Source of the DNA: an uncultured delta proteobacterium
GTDB lineage: Bacteria > Myxococcota_A > Polyangia > Haliangiales > Haliangiaceae
Direction of reading: 5' to 3'
Length of the DNA: 64,000 nucleotides
Assembly: GCA_963848295.1 (NCBI GenBank)
Contig: CAWKDB010000011.1
Coordinates: 32,001-96,000 of the forward strand
The notes under the pieces were generated by a model. It saw only the letters and a list, made by a program, of their open reading frames with translations, made no database searches and was not told the DNA's origin. Shown piece after piece: positions 29,104 to 46,213 of this stretch (its first letter is position 1; every line of letters begins with the position of its first letter). The position numbers and the translations under genes are program-made.

Positions 29104-30231
29104 TCAGAACAGCTGATCGATGGCCGGCGACGTGGTCGCGCCCGGAATGACGCCGCCCGGCGCAGAGACGTTCGTGTCGATCGTGCCGGGCGATCCACCG
29201 CCGCCGCCCCCGCCCGCAGTGTTCGAGCTCGCGCCGAACGTCGCTTGCGTCGTGCCCGCGAAGCCGTTGCCGCCCCTGCCGCCTCCCGTGCCGCCCAGCG
29301 CCGGAGTCAGCGGCGTCACCGGATTTGGATCGAAGCCGTTGCTGGCGCCGCCGCTCGCGTTGCCCCCGGCGCCGCCCCCGCCGCCGTTCGCGATCAGCGT
29401 CGCCCCGGTCGCGGAGATCGTCGGCGTGTAGATCAAGATCGTGCCACCGCTGCCGGCGCCACCGCCGCCGGAAACGTCGTGACCGGCCGCCCCGCCGGCG
29501 CCCGACGCATTGATCGTTCCGGAGATCGTCACGGAGCCAGTCGCTACGATGAAGACCGCACCGCCGCCCGCACCGAAGGCGCCTTCGTCGCCCGCGGTTT
29601 TGATCCCGCCGGTCTGCCCGGGACAGCCGCCGAGCAGCGTGTCCGGCACCGGCAGCGATGCCCCGACGGTGCCGCCGGTCCCACCCAGGGCGCCGGCACC
29701 GCCGCCGCCGCCGGCACTCGTGAAGCTACCGCCGGCCCCACCGCCAGCGCCAATCAGGCCGTTGACCGGCGCCGTCGCGAACGGATTGCACGCCGTGCGC
29801 GCGCCCGCGCCGACCGTGCCGCCGACGTGGCTCGCGATGTCGAGCGTGCCCGCGATGTCGACCGTGTCGGACACGAGGACGAGCGGTCGTGCGCCGGTCG
29901 CGACGAACGTGCCGGTCACCACGATCGTCGAGCCGGCGACGACACAGGCCGGCGGTTGCGCAGAGCTCGTCCACGGATTGCCCGGCGCGCACGCCGCATC
30001 GGTGTCGGTGTCGAGCGTGCCGGCCACGAGGTCGACCACACCGGCCGGCGCCGTCGCGAAGCACAGCTGCCAACCGGTCGGGCCGTAGCACGCGTCCGCG
30101 CTGTCGCTCGCGCTGGCGGCATCGGCGGCAACACCATCGCCGCCCGCATCGCCGAGCCGGAAGTTGTCGATGCCGAGGAGGTTGCCGCACCCCGAGGCGC
30201 AAGCGACCAATGCCCCGAGGACGACCCGCAC
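29104..30231 (-). CDS. Glycine-rich secreted lipoprotein
   Basis: ASGC lipobox; repeated GGGGG.GG and G.I.A.G motifs. Confidence 0.7.
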   Translation of the reverse strand: MRVVLGALVACASGCGNLLGIDNFRLGDAGGDGVAADAASASDSADACYGPTGWQLCFATAPAGVVDLVAGTLDTDTDAACAPGNPWTSSAQPPACVVAGSTIVVTGTFVATGARPLVLVSDTVDIAGTLDIASHVGGTVGAGARTACNPFATAPVNGLIGAGGGAGGSFTSAGGGGGAGALGGTGGTVGASLPVPDTLLGGCPGQTGGIKTAGDEGAFGAGGGAVFIVATGSVTISGTINASGAGGAAGHDVSGGGGAGSGGTILIYTPTISATGATLIANGGGGGAGGNASGGASNGFDPNPVTPLTPALGGTGGGRGGNGFAGTTQATFGASSNTAGGGGGGGSPGTIDTNVSAPGGVIPGATTSPAIDQLF

Positions 30232-30358
30232 GACTCCACCGTAACACGACACGCCTATCGGCTCGAACAACGATCGCCTGGCCGGAGCCGCGCCGGTGCG
30301 GGCGGTTTCTCGTCGAGCTCGACGCGCCCGAGCGCGGTCGAACACGTATCCTCATGCC

Positions 30359-31144
30359 TTGCCGTTCACGCCCGCGCATCCGATGGCCGTGCTGCCGATC
30401 GTGCGCGTGCGATGGCTCGATCCCACGTGCCTCGTGATCGGCTCGATGGCTCCGGACTTCGAGTATTTCATCCACGGACAGCTCGAAGGCCGGTTCGGTC
30501 ACACGTGGCCGGGCTTGGTCGGTTGGTGTCTCCCGGTCACGCTGGTGCTCGCCGCGCTGTGGCACTTCGTTGTCAAGCGACCGCTCGCGCTCGTCGCGCC
30601 CGACGCGATCGCTCGCAGGTTGCCCGTGGAGCGGCGCTGGCCCCCGTCGATCGTCGCCTGCGGGATCTCGGCGCTCGTCGGCGGCGCGACGCACCTCGTG
30701 TGGGATGGCATGACGCACGCCCAAGGTTGGGCGCAGCGCTGGTTCCCGCACACGTTCAACCATCTGTATACCGTGCCGGTGCTCGGGCCGATTCCGCTGT
30801 TCCGGGTGTGTCAGCACGTCAGCACGGCGATCGGGCTCGCGGTCGTCGCGTACTTCATCGTGCGCGCGCTACGGCGCGGCAAGCTGCGGGCGATCGAGCT
30901 GCGCGATGGCCAGGCCAGCAGCGCCGGCACCGCACAAGCCGGTGCGCTCGATCGACGCGGGCCGCGCGCGATCTTCATCGGGTGCACGCTCGCCGCGATC
31001 GCCGCGTTGTTCGGCCGCGCCTGGTTCGTGCTCGAATCGCGCGACCCGGGCACGCTCGTCGTCGCTCCGATCTCGGGCTTGCTCGCCGGTACGCTCGTCG
31101 CCGCGGTGATCGTGCGGCTCGCGTACCCCGAGCGTGTGTGCTGA
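30359..31144 (+). CDS. DUF4184 family membrane protein
   Basis: PFTPAHP, LVIGSMAPDFEYF, GH, THLVWD..TH, QH.ST. Confidence 0.88.
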   Translation: MPFTPAHPMAVLPIVRVRWLDPTCLVIGSMAPDFEYFIHGQLEGRFGHTWPGLVGWCLPVTLVLAALWHFVVKRPLALVAPDAIARRLPVERRWPPSIVACGISALVGGATHLVWDGMTHAQGWAQRWFPHTFNHLYTVPVLGPIPLFRVCQHVSTAIGLAVVAYFIVRALRRGKLRAIELRDGQASSAGTAQAGALDRRGPRAIFIGCTLAAIAALFGRAWFVLESRDPGTLVVAPISGLLAGTLVAAVIVRLAYPERVC

Positions 31145-31196
31145 CGTTTCGGCGATAACTCGCGCACCTCAGGCGCATTCGACGTACGATCGCGAC

Positions 31197-32162
31197 GTGC
31201 GCGGGTCGAGCACGTCAAGCTTGCGGCTAACGGCTGGGCTCCTCGCCGCGCTCGGTAGCCGCGCCCTCGCCGCGCCGGCGACCGAAGCCGACGAGGCGTT
31301 CAAGCAAGGACGCGCCTTGCTCAAGGCCGGAAAGTTCGCCGAGGCAAGTGCGCAGTTCGAACGCAGCGAAGCGCTCGACCCGCAGCTCGGCACGACGTTC
31401 AACATCGCCGAATGCGATGCCCACATCGGCAAGCTCGCTTCGGCGCTCGCCGCCTATCGCGAGGTCGTGGCGCGCGACGCCAACACCGAGCGCCGTGCGA
31501 CCGCAGATGATCGCGCGAGACAGCTCGAGCCCCGCGTCCCGAAGTTGGTCGTCGAGATCGCGACCCCGCCCGCCGGCCTCGCGATCACGCTCGACGGCCG
31601 ACCGATCGAAGTGAACCATCCGATCGACCTCGACTTCGGGGACTACGCACTCGTCGTGCGCGCGACCGCGATCCGGTCGTATGCCCGCACGATCAAGATG
31701 CACGACGAGGGGCTCACGACCACGGTGAACGTCCCGCTGGTGCCCGACCGACCACCTGCCCCCGTGGGCGTCCCCGAGCCGATGCGGATCAGCACGCCGA
31801 CCCTCGTGGCGCCCGCCGGCTCGCACCGCAGGCGCTATGCCGTCGTCGCGGCTGCGAGCGGCGGCGCGGTCGTGGTTGCCGGGCTCGTCGTCGGCGTGCT
31901 CGCCCGCAACCAATGGAGCGATGCGAAGGCGGTGTGCGGCGGCACCGTGTGCGCGACCCAGGACGAGCTCGATCGCGCGACGGCGCTCGGCGATCGGGCG
32001 CGCTCGAAGGCAGGGCTCGCGACCGGCCTCGCGATCGGCGGCGGTGCCATCGCGGTGATCGGCGCGATCTTGTACGCGACCGCGCCGAGCGAGCATGCGG
32101 TCTCGGTGACCGCGCGCGTGAGCGGCCATGGCGCCGGCCTCGCCGTGCTCGGTAGGTTCTAG
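31197..32162 (+). CDS. TPR + PEGA-like exported protein
   Basis: Signal peptide, FKQGR.L...G.FAEA...FERS..LDP..GT.FNIA.C; C-terminal TM segments ending GRF. Confidence 0.75.
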   Translation: MRGSSTSSLRLTAGLLAALGSRALAAPATEADEAFKQGRALLKAGKFAEASAQFERSEALDPQLGTTFNIAECDAHIGKLASALAAYREVVARDANTERRATADDRARQLEPRVPKLVVEIATPPAGLAITLDGRPIEVNHPIDLDFGDYALVVRATAIRSYARTIKMHDEGLTTTVNVPLVPDRPPAPVGVPEPMRISTPTLVAPAGSHRRRYAVVAAASGGAVVVAGLVVGVLARNQWSDAKAVCGGTVCATQDELDRATALGDRARSKAGLATGLAIGGGAIAVIGAILYATAPSEHAVSVTARVSGHGAGLAVLGRF

Positions 32163-33194
32163 CTACGGAGTCGCGACGTTGATCACGGTCGAGTAGCCGG
32201 CGGTGATCGACACCGAGACTTCCTTGTGGACGCGCGCGACGTCGTTGACGAGCAACAGCGAGTGCGCACCCGCGGCGAGACGCAGCGATCGCTGTGGCGT
32301 GACCTTGTGAGTCGCCTTGCCGTCGACGTAGATCTCGCACGGCACGGTGGTCGAGATCTTGAGCGCGCCAACGTTGGCGGCGATCGCGGCCGCCTGGGCG
32401 GACTGGGCGGACGGCTTCGCGGAAGGTGCAGGCGCCGGAGCCGCCGCGACGCGCGGGGCAGCCGCGGCGCGAGGGGCAGTCGGCTGCTTTGCAGCGCGCG
32501 CGCCTGCCGGATGCCTCGGGGCGACGGGCGCCGGCGCGATCGCGGGTTGCGGAGGTGCCGCCGGACGAGCGGCCGGTCGCGGCGCAACTGCAGCGGGCGC
32601 GGGTGCGGCGGCGGCAGCGGGTGCGGCGACGGCAGCGGGTGCGGCGGCGGGTGCGGCGGCGGCAGCGGGTGCGGCGACGGGTGCGGCGGCGGCAACGGCA
32701 GCAGGTGCGGCAACGGCAGCGGGCGCGGGCTGCGCGACCGCCAGGGTCGGCGCTTGCTCTGCATGCGCGACGGTCGGTGCGTCATTCGTGTGCGCGGTCG
32801 CGTAGGTCAGGCCGGCGATCACGCCGAGCACCCCGACGACGAGCGCACCGCCGAATAGCACTTTGCGTCCGCGCGAGCTCGGCGCACGGCGCATCGCGAT
32901 GCGATCGCTACCGTAGTTGTCGATGTACTGCGGCGCCGCGGCGACCGGGCCCGATGGACGCATCGGCAGCGGCTGTGGGATCGCAGCGGTGCTCGGCCGC
33001 TTTGGCGGTGGCAACGACGGGCGCGACGGGCGTGGACGCGTACCATCGGCAGCTCGCGACGCGGACATCGGAACGATCTCGCTCTCGACCGCGCGGTACG
33101 TCGGTCGCCAATCTTCGGCGAATGACGGCGCGACTCGAGCCATCGGTTCGGTAACATCGAGCTCGTCCAGGTCGCCGTACGCGTTCGGTAACAT
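32163..33194 (-). CDS. Membrane protein with Ala/Pro-rich linker and C-terminal PEGA-like domain
   Basis: TM helix, AAAP repeats, G.L.IST..PCEIYVDGK..TP....L.AG.H. Confidence 0.7.
   Translation of the reverse strand: MLPNAYGDLDELDVTEPMARVAPSFAEDWRPTYRAVESEIVPMSASRAADGTRPRPSRPSLPPPKRPSTAAIPQPLPMRPSGPVAAAPQYIDNYGSDRIAMRRAPSSRGRKVLFGGALVVGVLGVIAGLTYATAHTNDAPTVAHAEQAPTLAVAQPAPAAVAAPAAVAAAAPVAAPAAAAAPAAAPAAVAAPAAAAAPAPAAVAPRPAARPAAPPQPAIAPAPVAPRHPAGARAAKQPTAPRAAAAPRVAAAPAPAPSAKPSAQSAQAAAIAANVGALKISTTVPCEIYVDGKATHKVTPQRSLRLAAGAHSLLLVNDVARVHKEVSVSITAGYSTVINVATP
32590..32730. repeat. Low-complexity tandem repeat encoding Ala/Pro linker
   Basis: GCGGGTGCGGCG(G/A)CGGCA units. Confidence 0.8.
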
Positions 33195-33359
33195 CGTGCC
33201 CTCCGAGTGGATAGACGCGCGGAGGCTATGAACAGTCGCACTGGAAGTCGAGCAAGAACCTACTTTCGACCTCATCTATTTGTAGCCCAGCTCACATCGG
33301 CCAGATCTGGCTCGGGGCGACCACAAAAAGGTGGACGGCTGGGGAAGCCGTCCGTCCCG

Positions 33360-33433
33360 TCGAGGCGACAGGATTCGAACCTGCGACCCCCAGACCCCCA
33401 GTCTGGTGCGCTACCAGGCTGCGCTACGCCTCG
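33360..33433 (-). tRNA. tRNA-Pro(GGG)
   Basis: CGAGGCG/CGCCTCG acceptor, CCAGA-CTGGGGG-TCTGG anticodon arm, GGTTCGAATCC. Confidence 0.96.
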
Positions 33434-33497
33434 GGTGGGAGTCGACCTAGTAACTGAAAATCAGACCGGGGGCAAGCCAGTCGGCGACGCGCGCTCG

Positions 33498-33797
33498 CTA
33501 GACCGGCGGCAACCCGTTCAGAATGTTCTTGAGGACCTGGCTGGGCTTGAACGTCAGCACGCGGCGCGCCGGGATCAGGATCGGCACCGCGCGCTGCGGA
33601 TCGCGGCCCATCCGGTCCTTCTTGTCGCGCACGACGAAGTTGCCGAAGCCGGAGATCTTGATCTTCTCGCCGCGCTCGAGCGTCTCCTTGACGACGTTGA
33701 ACACCGTTTCGACGATCTCGGCGGCCTCTTTCTTCGAGAACCCACCGACCTTTTCGTAGACCGACTCGATGATGTCGGCCTTGGTCATGCGTGCCAT
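33498..33797 (-). CDS. ihfA: Integration host factor alpha
   Basis: MTKADI, KIKISGFGNF.VRDK, RRVLTFKPS; position after pheT. Confidence 0.92.
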   Translation of the reverse strand: MARMTKADIIESVYEKVGGFSKKEAAEIVETVFNVVKETLERGEKIKISGFGNFVVRDKKDRMGRDPQRAVPILIPARRVLTFKPSQVLKNILNGLPPV

Positions 33798-33864
33798 ATC
33801 GCGAACTTACCACGACTCCGGATCGAGTCCGAGCAGCGCCCGCAGGCCCAACCGACGATTGGAG

Positions 33865-37344
<3,480 letters not shown>

Positions 37345-37360
37345 GGGTCCCTCAGGTCCG

Positions 37361-37391
37361 AAAACAAAACAGGCGGCTCAGGTGAGCCGCC
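37361..37391 (-). terminator. Probable intrinsic terminator after rplT
   Basis: GGCGGCTC-ACCT-GAGCCGCC hairpin followed by TGTTTTGTTTT on minus strand. Confidence 0.65.
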
Positions 37392-37420
37392 GTCGGTACG
37401 CCTAGAACAGACGGCAGCAG

Positions 37421-37759
37421 CTATCCCGCGACGATCGCCTTGAACGCGACCGGGTCGCTGATCGCGATGTCGGCGAGCATCTTGCGGTTGAGCTCGATGT
37501 GCTGGGTGCCGAGCTTGCCGATCAGCTTGGAGTAGCTGATGCCGAGCACGCGCGACGCCGCGTTGATCCGCTGGATCCACAGCGCGCGGAAGTCGCGCTT
37601 CCGCTGCTTGCGCGAGCGGTACATGTGGAGCCACGCGTGCTGCACCGCTTCGTTCGCGATCGCATGGCAGCTCGAACGCTTGCCGCGAAAACCACTCGCC
37701 CACTTGAGCAGGCGGTTGCGACGGCGGCGGGCTTTGAATCCTCGTTTAGCGCGGGGCAT
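37421..37759 (-). CDS. rplT: 50S ribosomal protein L20
   Basis: MPRAKRG, RKRDFRALWIQRINAA, LNRKMLADIA. Confidence 0.97.
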   Translation of the reverse strand: MPRAKRGFKARRRRNRLLKWASGFRGKRSSCHAIANEAVQHAWLHMYRSRKQRKRDFRALWIQRINAASRVLGISYSKLIGKLGTQHIELNRKMLADIAISDPVAFKAIVAG

Positions 37760-37768
37760 GGTCTTCCT

Positions 37769-37966
37769 CTACGAGTACGGCAGCAACGCTTCGATCTGGT
37801 GGTGATGCGCGGGCGAGACGATCGCCGCGTTGCGGAGCTGGCGTTTCCGCTTCTTGCTCCGGTTGGTCAAGAGGTGGCGCTTGAACACGCGCGCGAACTT
37901 GAATTTGCCGGTGCCGGTCCGCTTGAACCGCTTCTTGGCGCCCGAGTGAGTCTTGACCTTCGGCAT
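37769..37966 (-). CDS. rpmI: 50S ribosomal protein L35
   Basis: [20 protein letters not shown]. Confidence 0.97.
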   Translation of the reverse strand: MPKVKTHSGAKKRFKRTGTGKFKFARVFKRHLLTNRSKKRKRQLRNAAIVSPAHHHQIEALLPYS

Positions 37967-38095
37967 GGCTAGGAGGGCTGCTCTTATGCCCCAGAAGCGA
38001 GGTCAGGACAAGAGCGGAAAAGCCCTCGAATCACGAGAAATCGTCCGCGCGGCACTGTACGGGAGAGCGGTTCGGGCCGCGCGCCGCAAATTCGG

Positions 38096-39449
38096 TCAGT
38101 TACCGTTCGAGATTTCGACCGTGACGGTCGCGACCGCCGACGGCAGCGAGCGGTTGTAGGCCGTGTCGATGGCATCGACCACGTAGTGGTAAGTCCCGGC
38201 GGCGACCGAGGAGTCGGTGAATGCCGGCGTCGTCGATACCCCGATCGCGACGCCGTCGCGATAGACGTTGTAGCTGGCGATCGCGGCGTCGGGATCGCCG
38301 GGCGCGGTCCACGTCAGCGCGACCGTAGTGCCGGTCGGCGTCCCCGCAAGCCCGCTGGGCGCAGCCGGCCCGGCCGCACGACCCTTGCTCGAAAAGTACG
38401 GCGAGACGTCGGTGGCGGCGAAGTACGGATCGGCCACCATCGCCTCGTACGTGGTGAGCCCCTGCCCCTGGAGGTCGTAGTCGACCTGGCCCATCGCGCT
38501 CCACCACACGAACGCCTTCATCGCCGGGAACTGCTGCTTGACCGTCGAGTACGCGGTGGTGATCCACTCGGTCATCGGATCGGGATCGAGCTCGGCGTTG
38601 TAGCCGGCGCCGGTCTCGGCCTGCATCAGCGGCTTGCCGAGCGCCGCGGTCAGCGCGTACCAGTTCTGCACGGCCGCGTCGGCGCTGTAATCGGCGAGCA
38701 TCGTGTCGCTCTTGTTGTAGTTGTCGTTCGAGATCCAATCGACGTAGTTGTTGCCCGGGTAGAAGTATCGCCACGTCACGTCGTCGGGCTGGTTCTTGCC
38801 GAACAGGTTCGCGGACGGGCCCCAAACCCATTGCACGTTGGTCGCGCCGGCGGTTTCGAACACGCCGACCACGTGCTGCCAGGTGGCGACGAAGATCGGT
38901 CCGGAACGTCGCGGGCTGCGACGCCGGGTTCGACGTGTTGAAGAAGCACATGTCGTCGGCGGTGTCGGTGAACTCCTTGAAGAACCGGATCATCACCGGC
39001 GTCTGCCAGCTCGCGATCGTCTGCGCCTCGGTCGTGAGCTCGGCATCGTAGACCCCGTTCAGGATGTCGGCGTACGACGCGCACGTGTTGGTGCCGTGGC
39101 TGTCCTTGTAGGCCACGGCCCACGAGATCAGCGGGATGACGCTCGTGCTGCGGTCGAGTGTCTCGTCCGCCTGGTTGAAGTCGGTGCCCCACACCTCGCG
39201 CTGGTTCTCGATCGCGACGCCTCGGCCGGTCGCGGTCGCGATGGTCGCGTTCAGCGTCTCGAACGAGTCGCTGTAGACGCCGATCAGATCCGGCAGTGGT
39301 GCGGGCGCATCGACTCGGGCCGCGTCGCCGCCCGGCGCATCGGCGCCGGCTTGGTCCGCATCGGGCGCGGAGGCACTCGGCGGCCGATAGCATGCGGCGA
39401 ACGCGGTCAACGATGTGAGCGCGACGCGGTGTAACGACTGATAAGACAT
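38096..39449 (-). CDS. GH26-like glycoside hydrolase lipoprotein with C-terminal FnIII (apparent frameshift ~38900-38930)
   Basis: PLISW, I.NG.YD, PVMIRF..E, NVQWVW.P, YPG..YVDW...D.YN, KPLM.AETG; TLTW....YNVYRDG FnIII. Confidence 0.8.
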
Positions 39450-39533
39450 TCCAGTCCGAGCCGCGGCCTCGCTTCAACGGCTCGCGCAATGTCACAATCG
39501 CTACTGCGGCGTGAGGGCGCTCACGCCACCGCG

Positions 39534-40283
39534 TCATTCGGCGGCGGCGTCATCGTCCTCGTCGTCTTCAACGTCGGCGTTGATGTCCTCCTCGGACAGA
39601 TCCTCATCGTCGTCTTCGACCGGCGGCACATGCGGCGCGACCTTGGCGCCGGGCGTGGCGTTCTTCTTCGCGGCTTCGGCGGCGATCTGCGCGGCGAGCT
39701 GAGCCTTCTTGGCTTCCTGCGCCTTGCGCACGACGCCGGGCTTCGGCGCGATCACCATGATCATGCGCCGGCCTTCCATGTTCGGCGTCGCTTCGACCGT
39801 CGCGATGTCCGCGCACATGTCCACGACCCGATTGAGCACGTTCATGCCGGTCTGCGGATGCGTGATCTCGCGGCCGCGGAACACGACGGCGAGCCGGACC
39901 TTGTTGCCGCCCTCGAGGAAGCGCCGGACATGCTTCACCTTGAAGGCCATGTCGTGCTCTTCGGTCTTCGGCCGGAACTTGATCTCCTTGGTCTCGACCG
40001 TCGAAGCGCGCTTGCGAGCCTGCTGCTTCTTCTTCGCTTCCTCGTACTTGTACTTGCCGTAGTCCATGATCCGGCACACCGGCGGAAACGCACGCGGCGA
40101 GATCTCGACGAGATCCAAGCCCCGCTCTTCGGCGAGGCGCAGCGCCTCGTGGGTCTGCATGACGCCGAGCTGGTCTTCCTCGGCGATGACCCGAACCTCG
40201 GGGACGCGAATCCGGTGGTTGATGCGAAGGCCCTGTTCGGGCCGGCGGCGATCGAATCGTCCTCCAGGCGGCCTAACGTTCAT
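39534..40283 (-). CDS. infC: Translation initiation factor IF-3 with C-terminal extension
   Basis: INHRIR.PEVRVI, LDLVEISP..PPVCRIMDYGKYKY, KEIKFRP, FRGRE. Confidence 0.97.
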   Translation of the reverse strand: MNVRPPGGRFDRRRPEQGLRINHRIRVPEVRVIAEEDQLGVMQTHEALRLAEERGLDLVEISPRAFPPVCRIMDYGKYKYEEAKKKQQARKRASTVETKEIKFRPKTEEHDMAFKVKHVRRFLEGGNKVRLAVVFRGREITHPQTGMNVLNRVVDMCADIATVEATPNMEGRRMIMVIAPKPGVVRKAQEAKKAQLAAQIAAEAAKKNATPGAKVAPHVPPVEDDDEDLSEEDINADVEDDEDDDAAAE

Positions 40284-40428
40284 CGGCCGGACCCTGGATC
40301 GTCATCACTGGCTGCATGTACTTGGAAGTCTCCTGATGCCCTTGGCAGGGCGCCGTTGTACCTCACGCCCGGCCGCAAGTCTCGCGGGAATGGCCCTCAG
40401 CGCGAGGGCCTCGCCGGTAGCTCTCGCC

Positions 40429-40707
40429 TCAAGGAACCCGTGGCTTGAGGTCGGCAATCTCGCGCTCGCACCGGTCGACGCGAGCGGTGAGGCCGCGCTG
40501 ACCAACCACGATCTTGTAAAGGCCGCGATTCACGGTGGTCAGCTCGGCGAGCTCGGTCGACAATCGCATGTCGCTCGTCACTACGTGACGGTGCAGCGAA
40601 TCGAGCCGAAGATTGGTGTCATCGATCCGCGCACTCAAGTCGGCGCGCGTGCCCCGAATCTCGTCGCGGATCTCTCGAAGGATTTGAACTGTCAGCTCGC
40701 CGTCCAT
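40429..40707 (-). CDS. Small coiled-coil hypothetical protein
   Basis: TATACT -10 and GGAGG SD upstream; heptad-like sequence. Confidence 0.65.
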   Translation of the reverse strand: MDGELTVQILREIRDEIRGTRADLSARIDDTNLRLDSLHRHVVTSDMRLSTELAELTTVNRGLYKIVVGQRGLTARVDRCEREIADLKPRVP

Positions 40708-40828
40708 GCCGCGCCTCCAGTATAGCGTTGCACTCGACGACGATGCCGCCCCAGTGGCCGCATCGACGCGTGGTCATGTCCGAAATGGCCGGCACTCGTC
40801 CGAGCTTCGGACGGCACCGGACGGGTCG

Positions 40829-40900
<72 letters not shown>

Positions 40901-41137
40901 GGGAGGCCGATCGAATACGCGATCGGCCCCGCGGTCGTCAACCGGGCGATCGGCGGAAACCGAGCCCGCCTTGCGGTTGCAGGCATGAACCGGCTGTCAG
41001 ACAGCGGTAACGCTCCCGGCTTGCCGAACCCGCGATAACGAGCGTAGCCTTGTGGGGTTAGACAACCTTATCGCCCGCTCCGCGGGTCGGATGAACGTGG
41101 GGAGTGCGCCTGACATCAGTGTCATGGCAGAGCAAGC

Positions 41138-42915
<1,778 letters not shown>

Positions 42916-42928
<13 letters not shown>

Positions 42929-43782
42929 TCATCGCGCTCGGCGTCGCGGTCGCTGCGAGCGCGCACGCGGTCCCGAGCCAGGACCTCGAGCGGGCGCGCC
43001 AAGCATTTCGCACCGGTCAGTTCGCGCTCGCGTTACCGCTCTACAACGCCCTGCTCTACCCCGAGCCCCAGCTCGCGAGCCGCGACGATCTCGCGTCCGC
43101 GTACGTCTCGCTCGGGGTGTGCCGGTTCATCGCCGGCGACATCGAAGGTGCGAAGCGCGAGTTCCGCGAGGCCTTGCGCCAGGACCCGAACCAGCAGATC
43201 GACGCGACGATCGTGACGAACCACGGCGCGATCGAGCTGTTCGATCGGACGAAGATCGAGATCGCGACCGCGGCAGATCGAGAACGGCAGCGGATCCACG
43301 ACGCCGAGGAGCTCGAGCGGCAACGCCAGATCATCGCGAACTCGAAGATCGTCACCGCACACCAGTTCGGCCTCAACCTCGTCCCGTTCGGCGCCGGTCA
43401 GTTTCAAAACCACGACTATCTCAAGGGCGCGCTGATCGCCGGTGGGGAGGTCGCGACCGCCGCGACGAGCGCCGCGATCTGGGGCGTGCTCGTCAACCGC
43501 TACGGCCTGACCAACAACCACGTGCCGTTCCCCGATGGCCCGCACGTGCGGCTGCTGCAACAGGTCGAGATCGGGACCGGCCTCGGGTTCTTCGCGATCT
43601 ACGGCTACGGCATCATCGACGCGATCCTCCACTACAAATCCGAAACGACGCGCCAGGCGAACGAGTCGGACTTCCCCGAGCTCGCGAAGCCGAAGCCCAC
43701 CGCGCCGAAGAAGACGTCTTTCCATATCGTTCCGATGCTCGCGCCGAACAGCGCGGGCATCGGCCTTGCCTGGGAGAACTAG
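42916..43782 (+). CDS. Exported TPR-containing protein
   Basis: Signal peptide AHA; TPR-like LGVC.F..GD...A..EF..AL..DP; PFGAGQFQN motif. Confidence 0.75.
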
Positions 43783-43785
43783 CTC

Positions 43786-45591
<1,806 letters not shown>

Positions 45592-45712
45592 CGGCCGTCC
45601 TATCCACCGGAGGCGATCGCCGCGACCGTCTATGACGTCGATGTCGGATCCACGCTCTCGGCCGACCCCGGATCATCGCGGTAACCCCGCGACACGATTC
45701 GTGCGATCGCCG

Positions 45713-46213
45713 ATGGCGCGCACGCTGCATGTTGTCGGGCTCGCGCTCGCCATGCTGTCCGGTTGCTTTCTCCCACCGTCGCTGTCGGTCGACACCGGGG
45801 ATGCCCAGACCGACTCCCCGCCCGCGATCCTCGCGATCAGCATCGACGGCAGCCCGGTCGCGGAGAACTCTGGGGTCGACTTCACGCAGAACGAGCCGAG
45901 CACGATGACGCTGACCCTGATCGACACCGATCTCGAAGACACGCTGTACGTCGACGTGTTCGTGAACTACACCCAGACGGACCCGAAGCCCGCGCGGGTG
46001 ACCTGCACCGCCGGCCCGGGCGCGACCTCGCAGCGCACCGCGAGCTGCAACATGATGCCGCTGTGCCAGCACGACGATGTCGGCCAGACCGAGGATATGA
46101 CGGTCGTCGTGTTCGACCGCGAGCCGTTGCAAGCGGGGACGCCGCCGTATCAAGGCACCAACGGCGGGCTGTCGACCCAGTGGTTCTTCCGGCTGGAGTG
46201 CTTCGCGCCATGA
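45713..46213 (+). CDS. Lipoprotein
   Basis: LSGC lipobox; ATGA overlap with next gene. Confidence 0.7.
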   Translation: MARTLHVVGLALAMLSGCFLPPSLSVDTGDAQTDSPPAILAISIDGSPVAENSGVDFTQNEPSTMTLTLIDTDLEDTLYVDVFVNYTQTDPKPARVTCTAGPGATSQRTASCNMMPLCQHDDVGQTEDMTVVVFDREPLQAGTPPYQGTNGGLSTQWFFRLECFAP

